Source: Oligoflexales bacterium
GTDB lineage: Bacteria > Bdellovibrionota_B > Oligoflexia > Oligoflexales > JAPPIL01
NCBI GenBank assembly: GCA_965215515.1
Contig: OZ244057.1
Coordinates: forward strand, 1,280,001 to 1,344,000
Length of the DNA stretch: 64,000 bases
Direction: 5' to 3'
Shown here: one piece after another, positions 1-9,698 of the stretch
Layout: each line of letters begins with the position of its first letter
Numbering within the stretch: the first letter of the stretch is position 1
The notes under the pieces: model-generated
What the model saw: the letters and a program-made list of their open reading frames with translations, nothing else
Told to the model about the DNA's origin: nothing
Databases searched by the model: none
Position numbers and translations under genes: made by a program

Positions 1-1211
1 GCCCACATCGCCGCCATTTTGATGGTGTGAGGGGCTATGTGGATGTGCGGGACAGAAACAGGATTGAAATCTTTCTCGTAAATCTTAATTTCTTCTTTTA
101 ATTTAGTAATATAAGGTATGTCGATTTTTACGGTGCGATCGCGCAGGGCTTCCATGAATTCGTTTTTCTGTAGCTTGCGATATTCGGCTTCGTTAGTGTG
201 GCCGATGATAATTTCGTCGATGTCGGTCTGGGCAAATTTTTTCGGTTTAATCTTATGCTCTTGACTAGCGGTGAGTAAATCGTAGAGAAAGGCAACATCT
301 AGTTTTAGTACCTCGATAAACTCAATCATGCCGCGGTTCGCAACATTGAACTCGCCATCGAAATTGAAAGCACGCGGGTCGGAATCCGAACCATATTGGG
401 CAATTTTGCGGTAATTGATATCCCCTGTTAATTCAGTAGAGTCTTGATTTTTCTCATCTTTAGGTTGAAACGTGCCGATGCCAACACGATCCCTTTCCGA
501 AAGGATAACCCGCCGTACGGTAACGTGATCGGTGATCAGTTTACGCCAATCGTTCTTGTAATGTTTCATCAATTCATTGAAAACATAGCGGCATGCGGGG
601 CAGTTTTCCCCCTCGCTATACACTGCGCCGAGACGGTCGAGCGAGCTATTGAGACTAGCGATAACCTCAGCGCGTCTTTCTTTCGGTATCAGATGCAGCG
701 GTTCTTCGTTGATGGGACAAGGCATGTCGTCTTCCATCTTCAGAATATCACCGAGATTATGCCACGTGTATGAGTATAAAGCACCGTTATCAGTACGTGA
801 ATATGATTCCAGCCCTTTTTTGAGCAGACGAGTAATAGTTGATTTAGATGAGCCGACGGGGCCGTGCAGTAGGATAACACGTTTTTCTGTGCCATAACGC
901 TGTGCCCCTGCTTTGAAGACATTGACCAGCTTCATCAAGTGCACATCCAAGCCGAACACTGCATCTTTGCCGTCTTCGATAGGGTCATCGAAAAAATTGT
1001 AATGCGTGATAGATTTCTTATATTCCGTATAATTTTTCGTGCCATAGCCCATAATCATGTCGTAAATACGTTGGAAGGCGGTTCTAGCAATACTCGGATC
1101 TTTGCTCAGCATGCCGAGGTACTTTTCAAACGACCCTGTCCAGTTGAAGCTTTCGAACTGGTCGAGATGATCAGCCGCCGAAACCATGTCCATGAGCTTG
1201 AGTGCATCCAT
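1..1211 (-). CDS. prkA: PrkA/YeaG family AAA serine protein kinase (3' end runs off the window)
   Basis: Manual translation from ATG 1211: [11 protein letters not shown]...FQRIYDMI...[17 protein letters not shown]...[16 protein letters not shown] (Walker A); later [31 protein letters not shown]. Not in the ORF track because its stop lies outside the window. Confidence 0.93.
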   Translation of the reverse strand, partial: MDALKLMDMVSAADHLDQFESFNWTGSFEKYLGMLSKDPSIARTAFQRIYDMIMGYGTKNYTEYKKSITHYNFFDDPIEDGKDAVFGLDVHLMKLVNVFKAGAQRYGTEKRVILLHGPVGSSKSTITRLLKKGLESYSRTDNGALYSYTWHNLGDILKMEDDMPCPINEEPLHLIPKERRAEVIASLNSSLDRLGAVYSEGENCPACRYVFNELMKHYKNDWRKLITDHVTVRRVILSERDRVGIGTFQPKDEKNQDSTELTGDINYRKIAQYGSDSDPRAFNFDGEFNVANRGMIEFIEVLKLDVAFLYDLLTASQEHKIKPKKFAQTDIDEIIIGHTNEAEYRKLQKNEFMEALRDRTVKIDIPYITKLKEEIKIYEKDFNPVSVPHIHIAPHTIKMAAMW

Positions 1212-1351
1212 GCTTACCTACCCGTAGTTGTTAAGGTTGTGCAGAAAACCGCCGTCTCTCTCATCTTACCACATCCACCCTCTCCCAGTTAAAGGCGAGC
1301 AGCGGGGCGACAAAATAAGAAAAGGATCTTTCCTGTATGTTATCGAGGAAG

Positions 1352-3574
1352 TTAATAGGAGACGTAAATTTTTATCTCCCCCGACGTGTTGGGCGGGTAG
1401 TCGCCCTGGAAAGTTATTTTGCGCGCTGAGACGGTGTAATCTTTGCCCTTTTCTTTTTTCTCCCCCGCGACATACACTTCCCATATTTCTTTTCTGTAAC
1501 CGACATATTCCAGTAGTTCTTCAATACTGACTTCGATCTCCTTCTGCGCAGTAAACGAGAGATAAGAAAGCTCCATATCTTGATCGTGATTTTGCCTGAG
1601 ACCGTTGAGCATAGCGCAGCCGTTGGCGGTGGCATCGTCGTGCGTAAGCAAAACCTCGCCCTGCTCGATAACTAACTGCGCCGCGGTACAAGTATCACTG
1701 TCCCCTGTCAACTGCAGACTGTCAGGCACATAGTGCTCAGGCAAAGGGCGACGATCGCTCCGCAAACCACGCACAGTAAGCGTGGCAGTGATTGGCCGCC
1801 CGCGTTGAAAATCGCGGGAATTGAAAACAACATCGCCATTGTTGTGCGTACATGACACAGGAGAACAGCTAACACTTGTGATGGGGTAATTGCCCGCGTA
1901 GCGGAGAGGGTAACGCAATATATCGTGACCATAGTATCGATAGCTAACGGTGAACCTGGTATCATAGTCAGGTTCTTCGCCGCTATTGAAGACAATCCTA
2001 TTAGGGTTTTTTTGCACGCGGTAACTGCTCTTATCATACCTAGCTATAGATACCGATCCTGCCACAACTTCACGGTCAGTAGCGAACGGAAATTCGCGTT
2101 GCTTGGGGTCATGTTGTTGCTTTTTTTGCCAACGGAGATGAGCGGTAGCACCCGCGGGAAAATTCGTCTTGACGTTCTGTATGGTCACCGTACTCCCGCT
2201 CACCGTATAGTGAGTGCCTTTAACCAGATTTTTTCCTCTTACTCGTACTTGCAGCGTGCTCAGGTCAGCTTGTGTGTCGATGGCGATGTCTGCGATATAA
2301 GCTTTCCTCTTACCTCGCGGTACATAGCTTACACGAATGCCATCGCCGCTCAGGTTGCTAAATATCAGTATCTTGTTATTGACTGTAAAACCGCTTGTCA
2401 TGGGTTTGCCACCGACAGTGACGGACAGTGTGCTAAGATCAGGTACTTCAGTGAGCGTGAACTGATCTTGCAGCTTATCTCGAATGCCAGACGAGATCCC
2501 TGTTAGGGTGCTGTCATAGTTTTGGTCTAAAATACTCAGTATCCTGTCAAAGTTTCCTCGCTGGTAGTTATTGCTGAAAGGCTTGTAATTATCATTCCGC
2601 TGATAACACGGATTGGCATAATGACTTGATGTATACTCTCTTCCAAAGGCGTTACTATGATCACGCACCACTCCACAAGTCATTTCGGTATCAAAAATAC
2701 CGAATAGTCTTGTGTGCGTGCGCAGCCCTCTGAAGTCAGCGATAAAATCAACCACCTGGTTGCCACAGCGAAACGAATTGCCGCCGCTGCTAGCGTCAGG
2801 AGCAGCTCGGTTAGTGCACTGATAATCTTCGTTGCTGATAATCACCGCTGCTAGTGTCGATTCAGGTCGTAGCCAGGTGGCACGACAGTTGACAGTTAGG
2901 CCTAGGGCGTATCGCGCTTTCTGCAGGGTTCTTTCGTTGGTATTGGGATTGTTGTTAGCCTTAGTTTTTAATGCAGTGAGTGCGGTTCCGTAGCTATGTT
3001 CATTATTTTTGGTGATGATACCGTAGTCGCGGCACATGTTGCTACCATCGACATCGATGATCTTGATCTGCCAGTTGCTGTTGTCGATGTGTCGTAATAG
3101 GCTGTTCAGTTTTGTGGCAAGACTCTCGTGCACTCTTATCATCGACCTTGAATCGTCGATAACCAGCAGCAGATCGAGCAGCCCCTTATCTCTGCTACGT
3201 GTGAAGGTATCTGTTCTAAGTCTACCTTCGCTGCCCGTCTGTCTGACTTGCTTGCTGTGCTCGCTACGAACCTCAGTGACTACTGTTTGTGCTTTAGAAT
3301 CTTGCCTGCTTTCCATGACGACTATCTGCGCTTCCGTATCGTCTTGCGCCAGATTGAACTGCACGACAGCGCGCTCGCTAGCGGCAGGATTGAGGGTAAA
3401 CAGCTGTGTGGTCAATGCCGTCGGCGGCAATCCCTCTGCCGAGAGCTCGCCGTCGGCGACAACATCGCCTGTGCCAGTTGTCGGCTGCTGCTCAGCCACC
3501 ATAGCATCGAAATCCGTCTCGCTGCAGCTCAACACCATCAGTAACGACGCTATTTTCACTCCAGCTCGTACCAT
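1352..3574 (-). CDS. VWA-domain lipoprotein with repeated C-terminal beta-sandwich-like modules
   Basis: Lipobox-like LMVLSC; MIDAS motif DLLLVIDDSRSM, plus ERT and ISNED; repeated modules of type LSTLSVTVGG..FTV..IxF..VSY. ATG 3574 lies 1 nt after the upstream stop. Confidence 0.75.
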   Translation of the reverse strand: MVRAGVKIASLLMVLSCSETDFDAMVAEQQPTTGTGDVVADGELSAEGLPPTALTTQLFTLNPAASERAVVQFNLAQDDTEAQIVVMESRQDSKAQTVVTEVRSEHSKQVRQTGSEGRLRTDTFTRSRDKGLLDLLLVIDDSRSMIRVHESLATKLNSLLRHIDNSNWQIKIIDVDGSNMCRDYGIITKNNEHSYGTALTALKTKANNNPNTNERTLQKARYALGLTVNCRATWLRPESTLAAVIISNEDYQCTNRAAPDASSGGNSFRCGNQVVDFIADFRGLRTHTRLFGIFDTEMTCGVVRDHSNAFGREYTSSHYANPCYQRNDNYKPFSNNYQRGNFDRILSILDQNYDSTLTGISSGIRDKLQDQFTLTEVPDLSTLSVTVGGKPMTSGFTVNNKILIFSNLSGDGIRVSYVPRGKRKAYIADIAIDTQADLSTLQVRVRGKNLVKGTHYTVSGSTVTIQNVKTNFPAGATAHLRWQKKQQHDPKQREFPFATDREVVAGSVSIARYDKSSYRVQKNPNRIVFNSGEEPDYDTRFTVSYRYYGHDILRYPLRYAGNYPITSVSCSPVSCTHNNGDVVFNSRDFQRGRPITATLTVRGLRSDRRPLPEHYVPDSLQLTGDSDTCTAAQLVIEQGEVLLTHDDATANGCAMLNGLRQNHDQDMELSYLSFTAQKEIEVSIEELLEYVGYRKEIWEVYVAGEKKEKGKDYTVSARKITFQGDYPPNTSGEIKIYVSY

Positions 3575-3575
3575 C

Positions 3576-5912
3576 TCAATCCTGCTGCGGAGAAGAGTCA
3601 CCATACAGATCATCGATCATCTCCTCCAGATCGATCTCCTCAGATCTTGGCTCAGCAAGCTTGGGTCTTAGGGATACCTCAGGGGGCGGTTCAAGATCAC
3701 CTTTAGCGCTTACTACGGTTGTTCGTGTCTCAGGGCAGCGGTGCACAGTAGCGATTTCGACTTGCTCTGTGTAGACACCATAACGTTCGAAGTGTACCTT
3801 CGGTTGTTTCTCAGCGTTAACTTTGCCGCTACAGTAGAAGTGCCCTGCTGCGGGTTGATACCCACAGGAGGTAACCCGCAGCACACTGCCATCGTCTCGT
3901 TTAATCAGGACACCCCGTCCTTTTGGAAGTTTACAGATGTTCACCGTGCCAGCCCCACCTCGGCAGTAGTGATTGAAAACATCGAATTCTGCCTTACAGA
4001 CAGGTTTTGCTGCGAAGCCAGTGATGGCATTATCACTCTTCTCACAAAACGGTAAGATATTATCGTTAGTTTTCTTCGACTTGATCTTGTCGATCACCCG
4101 TACGAAGCGTCTTTGGACACGATTTTCGACGAGAACATCACGGTGATCGAACTCTGGCATCTCGCGTGAGTAATAGGGAAAGAAAGCTTTCTGCTTGCGA
4201 GCCATATGATGCCCCTGCAAGTAAAGCATCTTTTTGCTCGCATCGTAAGGATTCTCGGCATTGACTCCAGTGCTTAAGAAGCTTACCAGTGCTGCTATCA
4301 TCGTAGGTCCACTAAGTGCTGCTATCGTAGGTCCACTATCTGTCACAGTGTGTCGGTGGCCGCTTGCATCTTCACAGACGAGACCCTGTCCTGCGTCTGC
4401 TGGACACTTAACACGGTGACTAGTACCGTCTTTCCCACCAGTATAGTAGGAAAACATCCAATTGTCTGATACCCGACCATCGTCGTATTTTGAGATGCAC
4501 AGTACCTTAGCTTCACTTATTGCGTTCAGGTATTTTGTATGGGATTGTGGGTTTTTGTGATGAAGATGATGTTGGCGTGCTTGCTCCACGCTCTCTGCAT
4601 CGAAAGCGACACAGTGGTTTATAGAGCCGTCTTCTCTTAGCTCAACAAACCTGGTATTCACCGTGTCACTCGGCGCATCGGTAGTGCTTTCGCCCCAAGT
4701 GAAGTTACTTCCGACCTGTCCGCTCACAAGTTTTTGCTCATCGGGACAGGTACTATCTTTTCTTCGTGGGATATTAACTCCATAACGCTCGAAGTATACC
4801 TTCATAGTGGAGTCAGCGTGCGTTAACTTGCCGCTACAGTAGAAATGTTTAGCCCCCGCCTGATACTCGCAGGTCGAAACACGCAACAGCTTGTTCTTAG
4901 CTTGCTCGCTCAGTATGCCACGACCTTTCAGTTTGCAGGCCTTGATTTTCCTTTCGTTGCGGACATTGCTCCCTCCCTGCTGAAATTTACAAAACCCACC
5001 GTAGGGGCTGAGCTCGTCGTGACATTCATTCACCTCCTCAAAACCAGAGACAGCTCCCTCGCGGACAACACACTCTGGCAAGATAGACATACCAGTCTTT
5101 TCTGAGACTAGGTTAGCGTTTTCGATAACCTTGGCGAACGCCTTCTGTTGACTACCGTCATCTTTCTTAACATTAACATACTCGTATTCCCCCCTCTCCT
5201 CACTGGGCAAAAATGCCAGTTGGTCACGGGTAAGTAGTATACTTCTGATTCCCAACATTTTCTTGCCTGCTCTATAACGACCTGCTCCGAAGGGGGATGC
5301 CGCGATACTGACAAGTTTTTCGACCACGCTCTTCTTGCCCGCACGGAAAGAGCTAGCGTCATCTATCTTGTACAGTATTCCTCCTGCACTACCCCTGCAC
5401 GTAAATCTGTTCTCACTCTTATCCTCCCGACAAAAAACACGGTGGCTCCGCGCACCATCGAAATAAGAAAACAGATGGCGATCGATACGACGATAGTTTG
5501 GCCGACGCCACTTCTGATGACGGTTGTCGTGGTAGCGAGAGATGCACAGCACCTTTGCCTGCACCAGCTGAGCTAAAAACTCGTCGTGAGCGGTTGATCT
5601 GGCCTGGCGTTTTGCTTGGTTATGACGATCACGTTGCAGTGCATCGTAAGCCGTTACCAGCGCATCGTACTTTGACTTCAACCCACTATTTGCCCCCACT
5701 TCCAAAGCTACACACGCCTGTTTATCTTCCCTGTTCTCAAAGAGGCTCACAAACCTGTAGTTTACCGTCTTGGAAGGCCCTTCGAGAGTATGCTCGTGCC
5801 AAGTACTATGTCCCGTCGTTTGGTCAGCCTCCTGCACCCTGGCTGAAGGCATGACAGAACAAGACACCTGTACCAGCGTTGCCAGTGCGAAGAAAAAAAT
5901 TTGTTGCCTCAT
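3576..5912 (-). CDS. Hypothetical Cys-rich lipoprotein built from two ~300-aa tandem copies of one domain
   Basis: Signal/lipobox LVQVSC; both halves share AKVLCIS, SHRV.C, KKML, ILP.C, CKL..GRG, LRV..C.YQ....HFYCSGK and FERYGV; GGAG upstream of ATG 5912. Confidence 0.75.
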   Translation of the reverse strand: MRQQIFFFALATLVQVSCSVMPSARVQEADQTTGHSTWHEHTLEGPSKTVNYRFVSLFENREDKQACVALEVGANSGLKSKYDALVTAYDALQRDRHNQAKRQARSTAHDEFLAQLVQAKVLCISRYHDNRHQKWRRPNYRRIDRHLFSYFDGARSHRVFCREDKSENRFTCRGSAGGILYKIDDASSFRAGKKSVVEKLVSIAASPFGAGRYRAGKKMLGIRSILLTRDQLAFLPSEERGEYEYVNVKKDDGSQQKAFAKVIENANLVSEKTGMSILPECVVREGAVSGFEEVNECHDELSPYGGFCKFQQGGSNVRNERKIKACKLKGRGILSEQAKNKLLRVSTCEYQAGAKHFYCSGKLTHADSTMKVYFERYGVNIPRRKDSTCPDEQKLVSGQVGSNFTWGESTTDAPSDTVNTRFVELREDGSINHCVAFDAESVEQARQHHLHHKNPQSHTKYLNAISEAKVLCISKYDDGRVSDNWMFSYYTGGKDGTSHRVKCPADAGQGLVCEDASGHRHTVTDSGPTIAALSGPTMIAALVSFLSTGVNAENPYDASKKMLYLQGHHMARKQKAFFPYYSREMPEFDHRDVLVENRVQRRFVRVIDKIKSKKTNDNILPFCEKSDNAITGFAAKPVCKAEFDVFNHYCRGGAGTVNICKLPKGRGVLIKRDDGSVLRVTSCGYQPAAGHFYCSGKVNAEKQPKVHFERYGVYTEQVEIATVHRCPETRTTVVSAKGDLEPPPEVSLRPKLAEPRSEEIDLEEMIDDLYGDSSPQQD
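4288..4338. repeat. Short in-frame tandem duplication (27 + 24 bp) encoding SGPTIAAL/SGPTMIAAL
   Basis: agtgctgctatcatcgtaggtccacta directly followed by agtgctgctatcgtaggtccacta. Confidence 0.9.
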
Positions 5913-5952
5913 GTCATCTCCAGGTGTGATTGCGAAACAACCTGCGTACCCC

Positions 5953-5978
5953 ATCGGCTACGGCAGTCAGTTTCTTTA
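5953..5978 (-). promoter_or_regulatory. Candidate sigma-28 (FliA) promoter
   Basis: Minus strand TAAA-N16-GCCGAT about 40 nt upstream of ATG 5912; consensus TAAA-N15-GCCGATAA, so spacer is one base long. Confidence 0.4.
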
Positions 5979-6130
5979 GTGATAAAGAAAAAATTTCCTG
6001 TGTTTATTTTAACTCGCTACTATCATTAAATAAATTATGCTAAAAATAACCTCCAGGGTGTCATGCTAAGCTTTACTTGCTCAGCAGCCGAGGTGATGGG
6101 CGGGCGGGGGTATGGGTGGTGAGCGGGCGG

Positions 6131-6970
6131 ATGGCAAAACTTTTTCTCGGTCTCGCGATGTCGGTGAGCGGTTGCACCTGTGATGAACCGCGTCAGCGGC
6201 GTGTCTTCACCCATACCGAAGACATCGCCCTCTTCTCACTGGCCAATGCCAGCTATATTCCGCCACCGATCTTGCAGCGTGCCAACGCTGCCGCGGTGTT
6301 CATCATCAATCCTAGCGGCACGTGTTCAGGCACGTTAGTGAGTGTCGCAGGCAACAAAGAGGCCCAGATTATCACCAACGCCCACTGTTTTTATGACAAG
6401 CAGGGGCGTGGGGCACGTTGTCAGGAGACCGAAGTGGTGTTTGCGATGGAAAGTGAACGTCTACGAGTCAGGTGTCGTGCAGGAACTCTGCGTCTCAATC
6501 GCAGTGTCGATCTTGCCGTTTTCATGTTGCAAGACAAGCCTAAGTTGCCGTCACGTTTTCAGCCGCTGGCGATATGGCAGGGCAAGCTCCCCCATCAACG
6601 CGAGGCGTTCATCATCCATCATCCCACCGTACACGAAACAACACTGCGTAATCACACGGTTTTCGATAAGGCGGTGACGGGTCTCGACTGCTACGTACTC
6701 GGTCGTTTTCCCTGGTATCTGCGTATGGAGGCGGACATTTTTCTGCACGGCATATCGCATAGCTGTGATATAGCTAGCGGCTCAAGCGGGGCAGGGCTGA
6801 TCGACTTTGCCACGGCTAAACTGCTCGGCGTAGTATGGGGCGATGTCGTGCTCAGCAACGAGGAGGAGGTACGCCTGCTTAACGGGGCAATTCACAGCCG
6901 TTATGTGCGTAGGTTTATCAACGCCGAGCCCCTCGACCCCCCACCCTGGTGGTGGCCTTTCGAGGACTAG
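6131..6970 (+). CDS. Trypsin-like serine protease (probable lipoprotein)
   Basis: Catalytic triad motifs TNAHC, DLAV, GSSG; N-terminal SVSGC. Confidence 0.85.
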   Translation: MAKLFLGLAMSVSGCTCDEPRQRRVFTHTEDIALFSLANASYIPPPILQRANAAAVFIINPSGTCSGTLVSVAGNKEAQIITNAHCFYDKQGRGARCQETEVVFAMESERLRVRCRAGTLRLNRSVDLAVFMLQDKPKLPSRFQPLAIWQGKLPHQREAFIIHHPTVHETTLRNHTVFDKAVTGLDCYVLGRFPWYLRMEADIFLHGISHSCDIASGSSGAGLIDFATAKLLGVVWGDVVLSNEEEVRLLNGAIHSRYVRRFINAEPLDPPPWWWPFED

Positions 6971-7018
6971 CGTGGTGCTTTAGGAAAGAAAGCGTGGGGC
7001 GTTGCCCAGCGCATTTGT

Positions 7019-7357
7019 ATGTACACGGAGATGAAAATGAGTTACTGTCTGGTCTATACGACATGCGCAGATTTTGCGGCAGCCGAGCTGATCGCCCAGC
7101 GCTTAGTAGAGGCTAAACTGGCGGCATGTGTCAACATTTTTCCCGCCATGACCTCTATCTATCGCTGGCAAGGAAAGATCGCACGGGAACAGGAAACAGC
7201 GGTCTTGATCAAAACAAAAACCGCACTGTTCACCGCGGTGGAAGAAAAAATCACATCCCTGCACAGCTACGACACCTGCTGTGTTATTCAGTTACCTCTT
7301 ACCGCTGGTGCGGATAAATTTCTGCGCTGGATAGAGGCACAGGTCACTATACCCTGA
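7019..7357 (+). CDS. cutA: Divalent-cation tolerance protein CutA
   Basis: LVEAKLAACVNI, SIYRWQG, LHSYD motifs. Confidence 0.95.
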   Translation: MYTEMKMSYCLVYTTCADFAAAELIAQRLVEAKLAACVNIFPAMTSIYRWQGKIAREQETAVLIKTKTALFTAVEEKITSLHSYDTCCVIQLPLTAGADKFLRWIEAQVTIP

Positions 7358-8387
7358 GGCAACGTTTTTTGATTCTTTCTACCAGTGTCGTGCGCTTCAA
7401 GCCGAGCAGGCGTGCCGCGCGGTTTTTATTGTTGCCTGTACTCCGCAAGGCTTCGATGATGTATTGGTTTTCGAGATGTTGCACATGCTCGCTGAGTTTG
7501 AAGCCAGGATCGCCGAAGGCACTCGCACTCGCCCCGCGACGCGGCACGCGCAACGCAGGAGATGCGCTCGCTGATGGCGACGCGGGCAACTCAGGCGGGT
7601 GTCGGAACTCGGCGGGCAAATGCTCGCTGTGCAACTCACCTCCGCCCGTAGTGAGAATGAGACGCTCGACCAGGTTTTGCAGCTGACGCACATTGCCAGG
7701 CCAGCGATAGTCACGCAACAGGGCGACGGTGGTCGCGTGAAAGAAACACGGAGTCGCGGGTGCACAGCTGCGGTTGTAGATTTTTAAAAAGTGTAACAAC
7801 AGGTCTTCGATGTCTTCTTTACGCTCTCGTAACGGGGGGATATGGACAGGCAAAGCGTTGAGACGATAGTAGAGGTCGAGCCTGAACTTTTCACCGTCCC
7901 GAATTGCCTCCTCCAAATCGATGTTGGTAGCCGCGATAATCCGCACATCCGCCGTCTTGGTCTCCGTGCCTCCTAGTCTGATGTATTTTTTTTCCTGCAA
8001 CACCCGTAACAACTTCGATTGCAGGTGCAAGGTCATATCCCCGATCTCGTCGAGAAAGACCGTGCCACCCGTCGCTAACTCAAAATAGCCGCGGCGAGTA
8101 CGATCCGCCCCTGTAAATGCCCCCTTCTCATGCCCGAACAGTTCTGATTCCAGCAAATTCTCTGGGATGGCACTGCAGTTGATGGCCAACATCCGCCGCT
8201 TGCGACGTGCCGAGAGCCGATGCACCGCCGCGGCGATCAATTCCTTGCCCGTACCGCTCTCGCCCTGGATCAGCACGCCGCTGTCAGAGGAAGCGATGCG
8301 TGTCACCAAATCCAACACTCGCTGTAACCCCGCACTGCACCCCACAATTTCTGGAAACAGATCACCCCGTGCTACCCTATCCTCCAT
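7347..8387 (-). CDS. Sigma-54-dependent activator (AAA+ and Fis HTH) with no N-terminal regulatory domain
   Basis: GESGTGKE, GAFTGA, FLDEIG, WPGNVRQL, AARLLGLKRTTLVE. Confidence 0.93.
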   Translation of the reverse strand: MEDRVARGDLFPEIVGCSAGLQRVLDLVTRIASSDSGVLIQGESGTGKELIAAAVHRLSARRKRRMLAINCSAIPENLLESELFGHEKGAFTGADRTRRGYFELATGGTVFLDEIGDMTLHLQSKLLRVLQEKKYIRLGGTETKTADVRIIAATNIDLEEAIRDGEKFRLDLYYRLNALPVHIPPLRERKEDIEDLLLHFLKIYNRSCAPATPCFFHATTVALLRDYRWPGNVRQLQNLVERLILTTGGGELHSEHLPAEFRHPPELPASPSASASPALRVPRRGASASAFGDPGFKLSEHVQHLENQYIIEALRSTGNNKNRAARLLGLKRTTLVERIKKRCLRV

Positions 8388-8658
8388 GCGTTACCTCAGT
8401 GCTGCGCAGAAAAAGATACAACACGCGTGTCCTTCACCCATCGAACCCACCTCTGCTGGTCTCTATGTTGATGAAATATACTCTGGCAAGCGAAGAGAGA
8501 TGCCGAAAGCAGCACCTGATTAGATTATAGCAAACCTACCGCCATCCACGCAACTACCCGACTGGGCACAGATTTTATCGATCATATCTTGCTGATTATA
8601 TTTATTTTTTCTTAAAATACTTTACTTTTCTTTAAAAATGCTCTAAACTGCGGCTGTT

Positions 8659-9237
8659 ATGAGGCAGGTATTTTTAGCTCTTCTATCACTGACAGTACTG
8701 CTGGGTTGCGGCGGTGGCTTTTTTGTCGCTAAGGTTAAGCAGTATTATTTTGCCATAGAGCCCGCGACAAGCGAAAATCGCGCTATTTTCAGCAAGTTAT
8801 TTGAAGAGTTAAACGAGCGTTGCAATGCTCCATATCTCAATATCGTGCGCCGCGGTGCGTTGTCTGCCAGTGGCATATCAACGATCACCGTAAGTTCTGG
8901 TCTACGGAAAGTCGACAATAAACTGGGGTGGGGGCGTTGGATAAGAACTACCAAGCTGAACAGCCGTCGTGGTTTTCTCCAGCGACCGCATAAGGTGCGT
9001 AAAGACATCTACACGATGGAGCTAGAGTTCGATCGTGAATTCATGCAGGAACACGCCCGTGCGAGGAACGAAGCAAAATACTCGCGCTGGCGCACGCTAT
9101 TCCTGCACGAGCTGGGGCATGGGTTTCAAATGGGTCACGACCCTGAACGCTCTTCGGTTATGTACAGTCGGATCACCAGCGGCTACAAGGATTACGATAC
9201 GTTCTACGAAAGAGCTTATAACTTCTTGCGCAACTAG
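8659..9237 (+). CDS. Matrixin-family (metzincin) metalloprotease lipoprotein
   Basis: HELGHGFQMGH (HExxHxxxxxH) and Met-turn SVMY; lipobox LLGC. Confidence 0.85.
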   Translation: MRQVFLALLSLTVLLGCGGGFFVAKVKQYYFAIEPATSENRAIFSKLFEELNERCNAPYLNIVRRGALSASGISTITVSSGLRKVDNKLGWGRWIRTTKLNSRRGFLQRPHKVRKDIYTMELEFDREFMQEHARARNEAKYSRWRTLFLHELGHGFQMGHDPERSSVMYSRITSGYKDYDTFYERAYNFLRN

Positions 9238-9313
9238 ACCATCGCGGTAAGACTGGTGGCTATTCATCTGAGCCATGATGCCGCGTGCCTATCGTCGTGT
9301 TGTGCGAGCGGCA

Positions 9314-9637
9314 CTATCTGATTTTGCTAAGCAAACTCTCGATGTGTGTCGCGTGTTCGATACTGGTATCGTAGAAAAACCGCAACTCAGGCACGCGTTT
9401 GACATCGAGTACTCGTGCCAGTCTGCGCCGCAGAAAACCGCCCGCTCCTTTCAGTGCTGCCAAGGTCGGACGATGATCGTTGCACAGCGTGCGGAAGTAG
9501 ACCGTAGCGATCTGGAGGTCGGCACTGAGGTTGACGTGAGTGACGGTTACGTCTTGCAGACGCGGGTCGCGCAGTTCGGTGGTGAGGTTGATCGCGACGG
9601 TGTCCCTGATCTGATCGGCGAGTCGTATCGCACGCAT
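9314..9637 (-). CDS. rbfA: Ribosome-binding factor A
   Basis: LRDPRL, VTHVNLSADL, VPELRFFYD; follows infB. Confidence 0.95.
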   Translation of the reverse strand: MRAIRLADQIRDTVAINLTTELRDPRLQDVTVTHVNLSADLQIATVYFRTLCNDHRPTLAALKGAGGFLRRRLARVLDVKRVPELRFFYDTSIEHATHIESLLSKIR

Positions 9638-9698
9638 GCATCACTCCCGCACGGCAGTGTGGTTTCGTTGTCGTGCCGTGCAATCTTCTGAACACTCT

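Noticed and set aside
5937..5950. Sigma-54 promoter GGTACG-N4-TTGT on the minus strand
   Set aside because: The -12 GC is replaced by GT, and the adjacent sigma-28-like site fits as well or better
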